A DNA stretch of 64,000 nt from Candidatus Latescibacterota bacterium. Its GTDB lineage: Bacteria; Latescibacterota; UBA2968; GCA-2709665. The stretch spans positions 224,001-288,000 of the forward strand of contig CAXXXF010000006.1 of NCBI GenBank assembly GCA_963667175.2, given 5' to 3'. This document shows, in pieces, positions 29,511 to 39,190 of the stretch. The translations under genes were made by a program, and so were the position numbers. How positions within the stretch are numbered: position 1 is the first letter of the stretch; the number at the start of each line of letters is the position of its first letter. The notes under the pieces were generated by a model, which ran no database searches, had not been told where the DNA came from, and saw nothing but the letters and a program-made list of their open reading frames with translations.

Positions 29511-30686
29511 ATGGATCGTGAAGATCTGAGAGAAAGAGTGGAAACACTGGAAGAAAGGCTGCGCGGGCAGAAGCGGGTAATTGCCGGTTTGATCGTCGTG
29601 TTCCTCTTCAGCGCGTCGCCGGCGTTTACGCAGGCAACGAAGTGGTTTGGGAGTATACTGCCGTCAAAGCTGACGTCGCCAGGCCTTCGGCACGGCGCTT
29701 CCCGCGGTGACGCGCGATTTGGCCATCTTTCGCCAAACGAGCCGGAAATCCCGCTACCGGAGACCGGTACGGGCGGACTGAGCAAGATCGCTCCTGAGAC
29801 AATCGTCGATGCCGGGGACACGTTGCGGGTGGGTGAACTTCAGATCGTAAATGCAAGTGGCGCGGTTGTCGCCGCCATCGGGGCGGGTCAGTCCGGAAAC
29901 GGCGCGCTGACGATCAGGAACAGCAATGGCGACGTGGTTTCCGTTGTGGGCGTCGACTCCAGGGGGCACGGCACCGTGGGGCTCCTCAATGCGTCAGGTC
30001 GAATCACGGCCGCGATGGGCGCGGATCGGACGGACGACGCCAATGGCGTGGTCGACGTCAAGAGCGCAACGGGTTCCGCGGCGGCACTCGCCTTCGATGG
30101 GGCCGGAGACGCCGCCGTTACGGTGTTCAACAAAGACAAAAAGCCGGTTTCCGGATTCGGTATCGACAATAACGACAACGGCGCCCTGCGGATCTCGAAC
30201 GCGTCGGGCGCAATCGTTGCCGCGATGGGCGCGGATAAGACGGACGACGCCAATGGATGGATGCACGTCAGGAATCAATCAGGAACTGCTGCGGGCTTCT
30301 CCGTCGACCGGGACGGAGACGGCCTGGTCATCGCGGGCAACCGGAACAACGATGAGGTTTCGATCATGGGCGCGAATGAAAACGGCCACGGCATCATCGG
30401 GTTCAAGCACGCGTCCGGGCGGGTTGTCGTTGGCATGGGGGCCGATTCGACCGGCGTGGGCGTGCTGAATATTGAAGGCGGCAGATTCCGGGCCTTTCTC
30501 GATGCCGACGGCAACGGAGTCGCGAAAACCCTGGGACGACGCGGGAACCTTCGCTGGTCCTCTGAAGCGTCTTCCGACGGCGGCGCGTCAACCGGGCTGA
30601 TCGGGGATTTCGACGGCAACGGAAAGGTCGATTTCGCGGACTTTGTGACGTTCGCCGCAAATTACGGCAAGACGAGCGGGTCGTGA
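29511..30686 (+). CDS. exported beta-repeat protein with C-terminal EF-hand/dockerin-like motif
   Basis: N-terminal coiled coil plus hydrophobic segment; ~23-aa repeats L.I.NASG.VVA..GAD...NG; C-terminal GDFDGNGKVDFADFVTFAANYG. Confidence 0.75.
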   Translation: MDREDLRERVETLEERLRGQKRVIAGLIVVFLFSASPAFTQATKWFGSILPSKLTSPGLRHGASRGDARFGHLSPNEPEIPLPETGTGGLSKIAPETIVDAGDTLRVGELQIVNASGAVVAAIGAGQSGNGALTIRNSNGDVVSVVGVDSRGHGTVGLLNASGRITAAMGADRTDDANGVVDVKSATGSAAALAFDGAGDAAVTVFNKDKKPVSGFGIDNNDNGALRISNASGAIVAAMGADKTDDANGWMHVRNQSGTAAGFSVDRDGDGLVIAGNRNNDEVSIMGANENGHGIIGFKHASGRVVVGMGADSTGVGVLNIEGGRFRAFLDADGNGVAKTLGRRGNLRWSSEASSDGGASTGLIGDFDGNGKVDFADFVTFAANYGKTSGS

Positions 30687-31021
30687 CGGCGCGGTCGGGT
30701 TCCGCGATTTCGAGCCGACGCAGATAATGTCGACAACCGTTGCATTGCCTGGCTGACGGGCAACGTTGCGGACAGTACGTTTCCTGTCATTTCCATGCCC
30801 GCATGGATAGCGGGTTCCGCTGGATTGTCGGGATCCAGTTCACCGTGCTGGTGGCGCTTGGCACGCTCATTCTGCTCAAGTAGGGAACTTGCCGAATGAA
30901 CGCTGTCGTCCACGTCGCCACGCCCGATACTTCCGGCCACTACGCCGAAGCCATCGAAGCCGACAATGGCGCAGGCGCAACCCTGCTGGAAAGATAGCTG
31001 CCGGCGCCCGTCCGCACACAC

Positions 31022-31058
31022 AAAACCGACGTCGGCAACCCCGCCCGCGTCGGTTTTT
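31022..31058. terminator. probable bidirectional intrinsic terminator
   Basis: AAAACCGACG...CGTCGGTTTTT hairpin between convergent genes. Confidence 0.6.
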
Positions 31059-31081
31059 CTCTGCCCGGTTTGGATCCCGCC

Positions 31082-31855
31082 TCACTCCGGATCTCTGCTC
31101 CGATGGAACGCAACGAGGAAGTCGGACACCCCGCGTACGATAATGTCCAGCATGGCCCGCCCGTCCTCGACGGTGGCATCCGCCGGATTGTCGGTGTAAC
31201 CCACACCCGACTGCCATTCGCCGTGGACCTGGACCACGGCGCCCGAGAGGCCCACGTCAAGGCCGGCATCGTCGTGCACCTGGCCGCTCATTGCATCCAG
31301 CGCATTTCGGTTTACCAGGTCGGGCCGGACCGCCATCATCATTGCCGCTTCGAATCGCCCCGCGTGGCCCGGGATGACCTCTGACGGCATAATCCCGGTG
31401 AGCGCCTCGCGCGCGATGTTCCAGTAATCGCCGGTTGCCACGGCAGCCGGATTGCCTAGGCGGTTCACGAAGTCCTGCCCCACGAGTCCGTTCGGGTTGG
31501 AATTCCCCCCGTGGCCGTTCAACACCACGAGCCGATTGAAGCCGCTCCGCACGAGGCCGTCGAGAACGTCGGTGACTGCCCGGACGAACGTGGCGGCCCT
31601 GAAAGACAACACCCCCGGAAACGGATGGTGATGGTGGGAGTTGCCGAATTGCAGCGTTGGCGCCACCACGACGGGCACGTGTTCGTTTGCGTGCGCCGAG
31701 GCCTGGCGCGCGACGGTCCCGCAAAGAACGGCGTCCGTACACACCGGCAGGTGAGGTCCGTGCTGCTCGATGGCCGCCGTGGGCAGGACTGCCGTCGCCA
31801 CTGGCGCAACCTCCCGAATTTCCTCCCGGGTCATCTCTTCAAATTGGTAAGACAC
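31082..31855 (-). CDS. creatininase family amidohydrolase
   Basis: EQHGPHLP..TD, S.HH..FPG, NGHGGN, HAG..E. Confidence 0.9.
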   Translation of the reverse strand: MSYQFEEMTREEIREVAPVATAVLPTAAIEQHGPHLPVCTDAVLCGTVARQASAHANEHVPVVVAPTLQFGNSHHHHPFPGVLSFRAATFVRAVTDVLDGLVRSGFNRLVVLNGHGGNSNPNGLVGQDFVNRLGNPAAVATGDYWNIAREALTGIMPSEVIPGHAGRFEAAMMMAVRPDLVNRNALDAMSGQVHDDAGLDVGLSGAVVQVHGEWQSGVGYTDNPADATVEDGRAMLDIIVRGVSDFLVAFHRSRDPE

Positions 31856-31906
31856 GCAAAATCCCCCTGTCGCGGTAGAACGATGACGAATCTGAAAGAC
31901 GAGACG

Positions 31907-33376
31907 TTAAATCTCCTCGAACGGATACAGCGGGCGCCTGCGATGATGAAACTCGAACTTGCGCATATCCGCCGCCGTTGCGCCGGGTGTGTCCACGCGT
32001 ATCAGGCGCGTGCACACGGGCGCGTACGCCGCCACGGGCGAATGCACCCCCTTGGCGACGATGACGTCGAACGCGTCCGGACGCAGACCGCAACTGGTCA
32101 TCACGCCCAGGCTTACCGGTACGACGCGACGCGACGTCAGACTGATCGTCAGTCCCGTGTCGGTGTCCACCACCGCCGTCTGTCCCATGTCGAACGCCGT
32201 CCGCCCGCCGTGGCGGATCTCGGGCTCCCGAAAGCGGCCGTTGTAGATGCCCCGTACCGTGACCGGCGCCTCCAGAGGCGGGCCGTGCGTTTCATCCGTC
32301 TTGCCGCCCATCCGAAGCGTCACCCGGCTGCCCGCCCCCGCCCCGGCCGCCTTCGACACGGATTCCCTGTCGTACAGACACACGAATCCTTTCGTCTTAC
32401 GCCGATGCAATTCGTGCGCCAGCATGGTGCCGTCCGCGGCCGACCCCCCACCCGTATTGTCGCCCATATCCAGCAGGCAGACCGGACCGTCGGTCGCCAG
32501 CGCCATATCCACTGCCAGCGGGATGCCGATAAACTCTCCTCTGAAGTCGCTCCGAAACGCGTGGAGATGGTCCGCGAGTTCTCCGGCAACGGCTTGCGCG
32601 AGTTCCGGATCACCATCCGTCACGGCGATCATCGCGGCGCCCATTTCCGGCACGTCCGCGTAGGGGAATCCAAGCACAATGCTATTCGACAACACACCCG
32701 GCCGGTCCAGGAGGTCATTCGCCAGTTCGTACATCGGCCTGCACGGAGCGGCGCCCGTCAATTGCCGTTCGATATTGATGGCAATCGGCGGAAACGCGGC
32801 GGCCTGGGTGGGTCTGATCTCGCCTCGGAGCGTCCGCGCCATCAGCCGCGACGCCTGCACACCCACCTTCTTCTGGTCCAGATGGGGATTGCTGCGATAG
32901 GCGATGGTCGCGTCACAGGCCGCAACCATTCGCTCCGACAGGTTCGCGTGCGGATCGATCGTGCAGATAATGGGCGTCTCGTCTCCAACCGCGCGCCGCA
33001 GCCGGGACAGCCAGTATCCGTCCAGATCCCAATAGTCCTCTCCATCGCCTACGTTCGCCCCGTGGGGCGCCACGAGCCAGCCGTCCAGTCTCCCGGCGCG
33101 CTCCACCTGATCAAACATCAAATGAATCAGCGCGTCGCATGTCTCCTTCGTAATCCGGCCGGAGGGCTCGGTGCCGGCGTAAAACAGAGGCACGGGTTCG
33201 ATACCCGACTCAGCCAAACCGACGAAGAATCCACTGACTTCGTTCAAGCCATCCCTGTACGCCTCTGCCACCTCGTCTCCGGTGAGGATGCCGCCGGACC
33301 TGAAATTCTCCAGTGTGGTGGGCGTGCAAATGAACGTATTCGACTCGTGCATTAATGACAGGATGCCAACGCGCAT
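31907..33376 (-). CDS. M81 family metallopeptidase (MlrC-like)
   Basis: HESNTF, HGA, DPHAN, Y...PH.D, GFPYADV, DMGDN.GGG. Confidence 0.9.
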   Translation of the reverse strand: MRVGILSLMHESNTFICTPTTLENFRSGGILTGDEVAEAYRDGLNEVSGFFVGLAESGIEPVPLFYAGTEPSGRITKETCDALIHLMFDQVERAGRLDGWLVAPHGANVGDGEDYWDLDGYWLSRLRRAVGDETPIICTIDPHANLSERMVAACDATIAYRSNPHLDQKKVGVQASRLMARTLRGEIRPTQAAAFPPIAINIERQLTGAAPCRPMYELANDLLDRPGVLSNSIVLGFPYADVPEMGAAMIAVTDGDPELAQAVAGELADHLHAFRSDFRGEFIGIPLAVDMALATDGPVCLLDMGDNTGGGSAADGTMLAHELHRRKTKGFVCLYDRESVSKAAGAGAGSRVTLRMGGKTDETHGPPLEAPVTVRGIYNGRFREPEIRHGGRTAFDMGQTAVVDTDTGLTISLTSRRVVPVSLGVMTSCGLRPDAFDVIVAKGVHSPVAAYAPVCTRLIRVDTPGATAADMRKFEFHHRRRPLYPFEEI

Positions 33377-33703
33377 ACTAAACTATCCCGTTCGTTGTCC
33401 TGCTGTGATCGCAGCGGGTCGGAAACCCGATGGTTCCACGCCGGACTCAGCCATCGCGGCAGACCCTTGACGGGTTGGTTGTTGACAAAATCGCCGTCGC
33501 CTGAAATCCGATTCTCAATATAGACGTTGCGGCTTTCGAAATCAAATGGTTCAAGGTTCAGATTTCGGCGAGGAATGACGCGCCCATTCAATGCGTCCTT
33601 ACCGGGGAAGTAAACGCTTCTTATGATCTCCGATTGCGAATCGCATTATAAACAAAAATACAGTATTTGCGTTCTGTGGACAAAATTAACTAATGGATTC
33701 GTC

Positions 33704-33732
33704 TTGCCAATACAAACCAAGTACTATATATT
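33704..33732 (+). promoter_or_regulatory. probable sigma70 promoter of CBS-korAB operon
   Basis: TTGCCA-N17-TATATT in AT-rich intergenic region. Confidence 0.55.
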
Positions 33733-33805
33733 TAAGCCGGATAAGATAAGACCGGCTTTTTGCTGCGTGCGGCCGGGAGGAGCGCATCGATTCCGGAGGT
33801 TCCAG

Positions 33806-34273
33806 ATGGACCTTAAAGAGAGTATTCACACCGCTCCGATTACCCAGGTCGACCTGTCGTATTACGTCGAGACGGAACACGGCACGCGAGCCGGCGACGT
33901 GCTGCAAAAGATGAAAGCCAGTCATCGGAAATGCGCCCTTGTGATGGAGCACGGCCGCCTGGTGGGCATTTTCACAGAGCGCGACATCATGAAAAAGGTG
34001 GCCGGTAACCCGCAAAGCAGCGACGCGCCGATCGACGACCTGATGACACCGGATCCTGAAACAATCGACGCGGACATGAACATCCTGGACGCAACGAGGG
34101 TGATCGCCTCCAACCGCTACAGGTACATGCCGGTAACGAACAAGGAGGGCCAGGTCCTGGGAACATTGACATATTATGCCATTATCAAATACATTTGCGA
34201 TTATTTCCCGCAGGAAATCTACAACCAGCCGCCCGTGCCGGACGTGTTCGCAAAGGCCCGAGCCGGCGCCTAG
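33806..34273 (+). CDS. CBS domain pair protein
   Basis: LVGIFTERDI, MTPDPETI, YRYMPV; GGAGG RBS before ATG 33806. Confidence 0.88.
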   Translation: MDLKESIHTAPITQVDLSYYVETEHGTRAGDVLQKMKASHRKCALVMEHGRLVGIFTERDIMKKVAGNPQSSDAPIDDLMTPDPETIDADMNILDATRVIASNRYRYMPVTNKEGQVLGTLTYYAIIKYICDYFPQEIYNQPPVPDVFAKARAGA

Positions 34274-34326
34274 CCAGAGTGATCTTCTTCTCCAGATCCG
34301 CGGCCCAAATGTGCCAGGAGGTCTAG

Positions 34327-36201
34327 ATGTCCGATACAGCCGTCGAGGAAATTGACGAAGAAGCCGAACTGCTGGACGAATTGAACGAGGTAGAGTCCAT
34401 TGCGGTCCGATTTGCGGGCGACTCCGGCGATGGCAGCCAGTTCATTGGCGGAGAGTTCGCCAACACGTCCGCCATTGTGGGCAACGACATCAGCACAATG
34501 CCGGACTACCCCGCCGAAATTCGCGCTCCCGCGGGCACATTGCCGGGCATCAGCGGATTTCAGGTCCGCATATCCAGCGAAGACATCTACACACCCGGCG
34601 ACGAGCCCCAGGTGCTCGTTGCAATGAACCCGGCCGCGCTGAAGGCCAACCTGCAGGACCTGCCGCCGGGTGGCGTGGTCATTACGAATTCCAACAACTT
34701 CACACGAAACAACCTTCGCAAGGCCGGCTACGAGGCCGACCCGCTCGAAGACGGATCGCTGGAGGGATATCAGGTTTGCAAGGTACCATTGACAACGTTG
34801 CACAAGCGGGCAGTGGCCGGTGTCGAGGGTCTGTCCAACCGGCAGATCGATATGATGAAGAACTGCTTCGCCCTCGGACTTGCGTACTGGATCTTCGACC
34901 GTCCGCTGGAACCGACCATCCGCATGCTGGAAGAGAAATTCGCCAGCCGCCCGAATGTCGTCGAAGGCAACGTAACGACACTGAAGGCCGGATACAACTA
35001 CGGTGAAACGACCGAACAGTTCCAGTTCAGGTACAAGATTCCCAAAGCCGTGGTCGAACCGGGAACCTATCGCGCCGTAACCGGCGCCCAGGCCACCGCG
35101 ATGGGCTTCGTCACCGCGGCGCACAAGGCCGGCAAGACGCTCTTTTACGGCAGTTACCCAATCACCCCCGCCAGTGTCCTGCTTGAGGCGCTGGCTGCCC
35201 TGAAGAACTTCGACGTGCGCACGTTCCAGGCCGAAGACGAAATCGCAGCCATCGGCTCCGCGATCGGCGCGGCGTTCGGCGGCGCCTTTGCCGCAACCGG
35301 CACCAGTGGCCCCGGAATTGCGCTGAAGAGCGAAGCCATCAACCTGGCTCTTGTGCTGGAATTGCCACTGGTTGTCGCCAACTTTCAACGGGGCGGGCCG
35401 AGCACGGGGCTTCCCACGAAAACGGAACAGTCCGACCTGCTCCAATGCATGTTCGGCCGCAATGGCGAGAGTCCGGTTCCCATTGTCGCGCCGGCCACGG
35501 CTTCGGATTGCTTCAACCTTGGAATTGAGGCCTTTCGTATCGCCGTCGAAAGCATGTCGCCGGTTTTCTTCCTGTCCGACGGCTATCTGAACAACAGTTC
35601 CGAACCCTGGAAGATACCCGATCCCGACGACATTGAAACCATCGCTGTCGAACATCGAACGGACCCTGAGAATTTCCAGCCGTACACGAGGAACGTGCAG
35701 ACCCTTTCGCGCCCCTGGGCCCTTCCGGGCACACCCGGCCTGGAACACCGAATCGGCGGATTGGGTAAGCAGGACGGCACGGGAAACGTCTCGTACGATC
35801 CGAAAGATCACGAACACATGGTCAGGGTCCGGGCAGAAAAGGTTGCGCGAATCGCCAATCGGATTCCCGGACAGGATGTATTCGGACCGACGGCAGGCGA
35901 TCTGCTTGTCGTCGGTTGGGGCAGCACCTTCGGCGCCGTCAGGTCCGCGGTACGGCGTGCGGTCTCCAACGGCCTGTCGGTTGCCCACGCCCATGTCCGA
36001 TATCTGAACCCGTTTCCGGCGAACCTGGAAAGTCTGCTTCTGCGCTATCGAAAGATCCTGGTTCCCGAGATCAACGGCGGGCAGCTTTCTTTCCTGCTCA
36101 ACGCCAGGTATCCTTTACGCGTCATCAGCTATCCCAAAGTCCAGGGGCAACCATTCAAGATCTCCGAGATTGTGGATAAAATCCACGAGTTGCTGGACTA
36201 G
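34327..36201 (+). CDS. korA: 2-oxoacid:ferredoxin oxidoreductase alpha (gamma-alpha fused) subunit
   Basis: FAGDSGDG, PAEIRAP.GT, YPITPAS, QAEDEIAA, TSGPG, QRGGPSTGLPTK. Confidence 0.93.
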   Translation: MSDTAVEEIDEEAELLDELNEVESIAVRFAGDSGDGSQFIGGEFANTSAIVGNDISTMPDYPAEIRAPAGTLPGISGFQVRISSEDIYTPGDEPQVLVAMNPAALKANLQDLPPGGVVITNSNNFTRNNLRKAGYEADPLEDGSLEGYQVCKVPLTTLHKRAVAGVEGLSNRQIDMMKNCFALGLAYWIFDRPLEPTIRMLEEKFASRPNVVEGNVTTLKAGYNYGETTEQFQFRYKIPKAVVEPGTYRAVTGAQATAMGFVTAAHKAGKTLFYGSYPITPASVLLEALAALKNFDVRTFQAEDEIAAIGSAIGAAFGGAFAATGTSGPGIALKSEAINLALVLELPLVVANFQRGGPSTGLPTKTEQSDLLQCMFGRNGESPVPIVAPATASDCFNLGIEAFRIAVESMSPVFFLSDGYLNNSSEPWKIPDPDDIETIAVEHRTDPENFQPYTRNVQTLSRPWALPGTPGLEHRIGGLGKQDGTGNVSYDPKDHEHMVRVRAEKVARIANRIPGQDVFGPTAGDLLVVGWGSTFGAVRSAVRRAVSNGLSVAHAHVRYLNPFPANLESLLLRYRKILVPEINGGQLSFLLNARYPLRVISYPKVQGQPFKISEIVDKIHELLD

Positions 36202-36230
36202 ACCGTACCCCTGAATCTGGAGAACGATCC

Positions 36231-37787
36231 ATGGCCGAAGCCACACCGGAACTATTACAACTGACCCGCAAAGACTTCGTTTCCGACCAGGAAGTCCGCT
36301 GGTGTCCGGGATGCGGGGACTACGCCATACTGGCGCAGATGCAGAGGGTGCTTCCCGAACTCGGCATTCCCCGGGAACAGATCGTCTTCGTCTCCGGAAT
36401 CGGTTGTTCCAGCCGTTTTCCGTATTACATGAACACCTATGGCGTGCACTCCATTCACGGGCGCGCGCCTACCCTCGCCTCAGGCCTTAAAGTGGCCAAT
36501 CCCGATCTGCATGTGTGGGTGATTACCGGGGACGGCGACGGCCTGTCCATCGGCGGCAACCATCTGCTGCATATTCTCCGCAGGAACGTGGATGTGAACA
36601 TCATTCTCTTCAACAACCGCATCTACGGCCTTACGAAGGGCCAATACTCGCCCACGTCGCTACCGGGTCACAAGACCTATTCTTCGCCAATGGGATCCAT
36701 CGAACAGTCCTTCAACCCCATCTCCGTCGCCATCGGGGCCGAGGCCACCTTTGTCGCGCGTTCCGTCGACCGGAATACCAAGCACCTTGCGGAAATGCTC
36801 CGCAGGGCGGCCGCACACAAGGGCACGTCGTTTGTCGAGGTCTACCAGAACTGTAACATCTACAACGATGGCGCGTGGTTCCACATTACCGAGGCCGACG
36901 TCAAGGACGACAATACGCTGATTCTCGAACACGGTCAGCCGATGGTTTTCGGCAAGGCGCGGGACAAGGGTGTCCGGATGGATGATCTGCGTCCGGAAGT
37001 CGTGGCGCTGGGCAACGGCGCCTCCGAAGGCGACCTGCTGATGCACGACGAGTCCGCGGATCCGCCGGCGCTGGCTTACATGCTGAGCCGCATGGAATAT
37101 CCGGATTTTCCAGTGCCACTGGGGGTTCTGCGCTGCGTGGAACGACCTGTTTACGAGGAGGAAATCCTCGAACAGGGTCGCGCCGCCGTCACACAGCACG
37201 GGAAAGCCGATCTGTCCACACTCTATCATACCGCCGATACCTGGATTGTGTCGGAAGAGGACAGCGTGCCGGTAGAACGCGACGTCGCTGAGGAAATCGA
37301 GACGGATATCCCGGATATCATTCCGGGAATCGGCGGAGAGGATCCAATAGACCCGAAGGGCGAATTCGAACGCCTCGTCATCGATCCGATCTCAACGGTG
37401 AAACTCCACACACCGGAGTTCATCGCGCCGGGGGCCTTCATGCTCGAAGCCATGCTGCTGATGGAGGAAAAAGACGCCGGCTGCCTTCTGGTTTCCGAAG
37501 ACGGCGTCACCGTTCTGGGCATCCTGGCGGAAGGCGATTTCTTCGTAAAAGTCGTGGGTAACGACATCGATCTGGCAACCACGCGTGTTGAAGACGTGAT
37601 GACGCCCAATCCCATAACCATGAGATTGTCGGATCCCATCGGGTACGCGCTGCATCTGATGGACCTGCACGGCTATCGGCATATCCCGGTAGTCGACCAT
37701 GGTGGACGGGTCGTCAAGGTGGCGTCGTTCAGGGCGGCTCTCGAGTTCTTCACGCAACTTTACGACAGCGGGGCAAACGGCGACTGA
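36231..37787 (+). CDS. korB: 2-oxoacid:ferredoxin oxidoreductase beta subunit fused to C-terminal CBS pair
   Basis: WCPGCGD, SGIGCS, HGRA, GDGD, YGLTKGQ.SPT; then acidic linker and CBS motifs (LGILAEGDF, VMTPNP, YRHIPVVD). Confidence 0.92.
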   Translation: MAEATPELLQLTRKDFVSDQEVRWCPGCGDYAILAQMQRVLPELGIPREQIVFVSGIGCSSRFPYYMNTYGVHSIHGRAPTLASGLKVANPDLHVWVITGDGDGLSIGGNHLLHILRRNVDVNIILFNNRIYGLTKGQYSPTSLPGHKTYSSPMGSIEQSFNPISVAIGAEATFVARSVDRNTKHLAEMLRRAAAHKGTSFVEVYQNCNIYNDGAWFHITEADVKDDNTLILEHGQPMVFGKARDKGVRMDDLRPEVVALGNGASEGDLLMHDESADPPALAYMLSRMEYPDFPVPLGVLRCVERPVYEEEILEQGRAAVTQHGKADLSTLYHTADTWIVSEEDSVPVERDVAEEIETDIPDIIPGIGGEDPIDPKGEFERLVIDPISTVKLHTPEFIAPGAFMLEAMLLMEEKDAGCLLVSEDGVTVLGILAEGDFFVKVVGNDIDLATTRVEDVMTPNPITMRLSDPIGYALHLMDLHGYRHIPVVDHGGRVVKVASFRAALEFFTQLYDSGANGD

Positions 37788-37813
37788 TCGTCGTGCCCTG
37801 TGAAGCTCAGCGG

Positions 37814-37848
37814 AAAGCCCCGGACGTCCAGGTCCGGGGCTTTATTTT
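37814..37848 (+). terminator. intrinsic terminator after korB
   Basis: AAAGCCCCGGAC-loop-GTCCGGGGCTTT followed by ATTTT. Confidence 0.75.
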
Positions 37849-37928
37849 CATGGCATGTTCGGGTTCCAGGGGGACCATGACGATTGTGAACCGGCCGCAC
37901 GAGGCGTACGGCGCCCGGCTCGCTTGCC

Positions 37929-38393
37929 TCAATCGCTTCGCGGACGCCTGTAACCCACCTCCGCCACCAGTTCCTTCGGAAATGCATGCATCCTCTCCGG
38001 TCCCAACCGCTCCACCTCTGCCAGCCCGAGTTCGATTTTTCGTGTGAGCTCGCCGACGTCCACACCCAGAAACCGGGCGGGAAACTGCCTCAGCTTGAAA
38101 ACTGAGTTGTTGTAGTGCTTCACCGCTCCATGATAGATCCCTCTTTGAATTTGATGGTACGCCGCCGCGAGTTGGATCAGGCCCTGAAAGAAAATGCGGC
38201 TCGGCTCGTTATGCCGCCGCCACACCTGCTCCCAGGCCTCGTGGCTCTCCCAGTGCTCCCGACTGTTGAAGAGCGAAACGCCTCTTTCAAAGTCCATCCA
38301 GTCCTCCGCCGACATCGCCGGCTCCACCACGTCCGCTGCTCGAATGAGGTAGGCCCGTTTGACCCGCGCCGCTTTCAAGTCACCCGTTCGCAC
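37929..38393 (-). CDS. DUF309 family protein
   Basis: G..LFN...WESHEAWE..W, FQGLIQLAAA.. Confidence 0.85.
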   Translation of the reverse strand: MRTGDLKAARVKRAYLIRAADVVEPAMSAEDWMDFERGVSLFNSREHWESHEAWEQVWRRHNEPSRIFFQGLIQLAAAYHQIQRGIYHGAVKHYNNSVFKLRQFPARFLGVDVGELTRKIELGLAEVERLGPERMHAFPKELVAEVGYRRPRSD

Positions 38394-38396
38394 GAT

Positions 38397-39134
38397 TCAG
38401 TCTCCGGCCTGCGCCTCAAGCATTGTCTCCAACGCGACAAGATGCGCGCGTACGCGCACCTCCATCGCCAGCGCCGACGGTGTTTCCGACGTGATCAGAC
38501 GATCGGTATACTTCTGCTGAAACAGGACAATCGGAACGCCGCCGCCCATGCGCCTCTTCTCCACCTCGAGATTCGGAAAGATCACCCCGTTCCTCGCAGC
38601 CTCTCCTTCTATCGTCGTTTGCGTATTCAGGGGGCATACTTCGGATACCCTACAGGTAATCCGCGGCCCAGCCGGCGCCCGGCCCCGAACCTGCTCGTAA
38701 AGATAGTACCCCGGGCTTTCCCAATCTTCGTGCAGATCCATGATGGCCGCGAATTCCCGCCCGCGAATAAACCGTTTGATGACGCCGATCTCGGGAACGT
38801 CGTCGTCGAGAAAAGCCCAGTTAACGTCCACGTCCTGTGCATTCGACCGGGAATCGTGGACGAATCCATACGGATTCAGACAGGGTATCACGTAGAACCG
38901 GAATCGATCCAGCCATCGGTCACAGCCCGTTTCCAGAAAAGCGAGTGCCCCCTGAGTTCCGGCGGGTTCGTCGCCATGGGTTCCCCCATTGACGAATATT
39001 ACGGGCAGCAACGGGTCCGTGCCAAGGGATACACAAAGGACGGGATATCCGTCTATCCGGTCGAGCACTTCAACACTGAGACCACGGCGCGAAAGCGCCT
39101 CGGCGCGCTTGACGACCTCATTGTAGTCACGCAT
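38397..39134 (-). CDS. M14 family zinc carboxypeptidase / desuccinylase-like
   Basis: GGTHGDEPAG, PCLNPYG, DVN, DLHED, TSETP. Confidence 0.85.
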   Translation of the reverse strand: MRDYNEVVKRAEALSRRGLSVEVLDRIDGYPVLCVSLGTDPLLPVIFVNGGTHGDEPAGTQGALAFLETGCDRWLDRFRFYVIPCLNPYGFVHDSRSNAQDVDVNWAFLDDDVPEIGVIKRFIRGREFAAIMDLHEDWESPGYYLYEQVRGRAPAGPRITCRVSEVCPLNTQTTIEGEAARNGVIFPNLEVEKRRMGGGVPIVLFQQKYTDRLITSETPSALAMEVRVRAHLVALETMLEAQAGD

Positions 39135-39190
39135 CGAGACTTGTCCTGTACACTGACCCTCAGTGCCCGCCAACCCTATTAACGTCCGAC

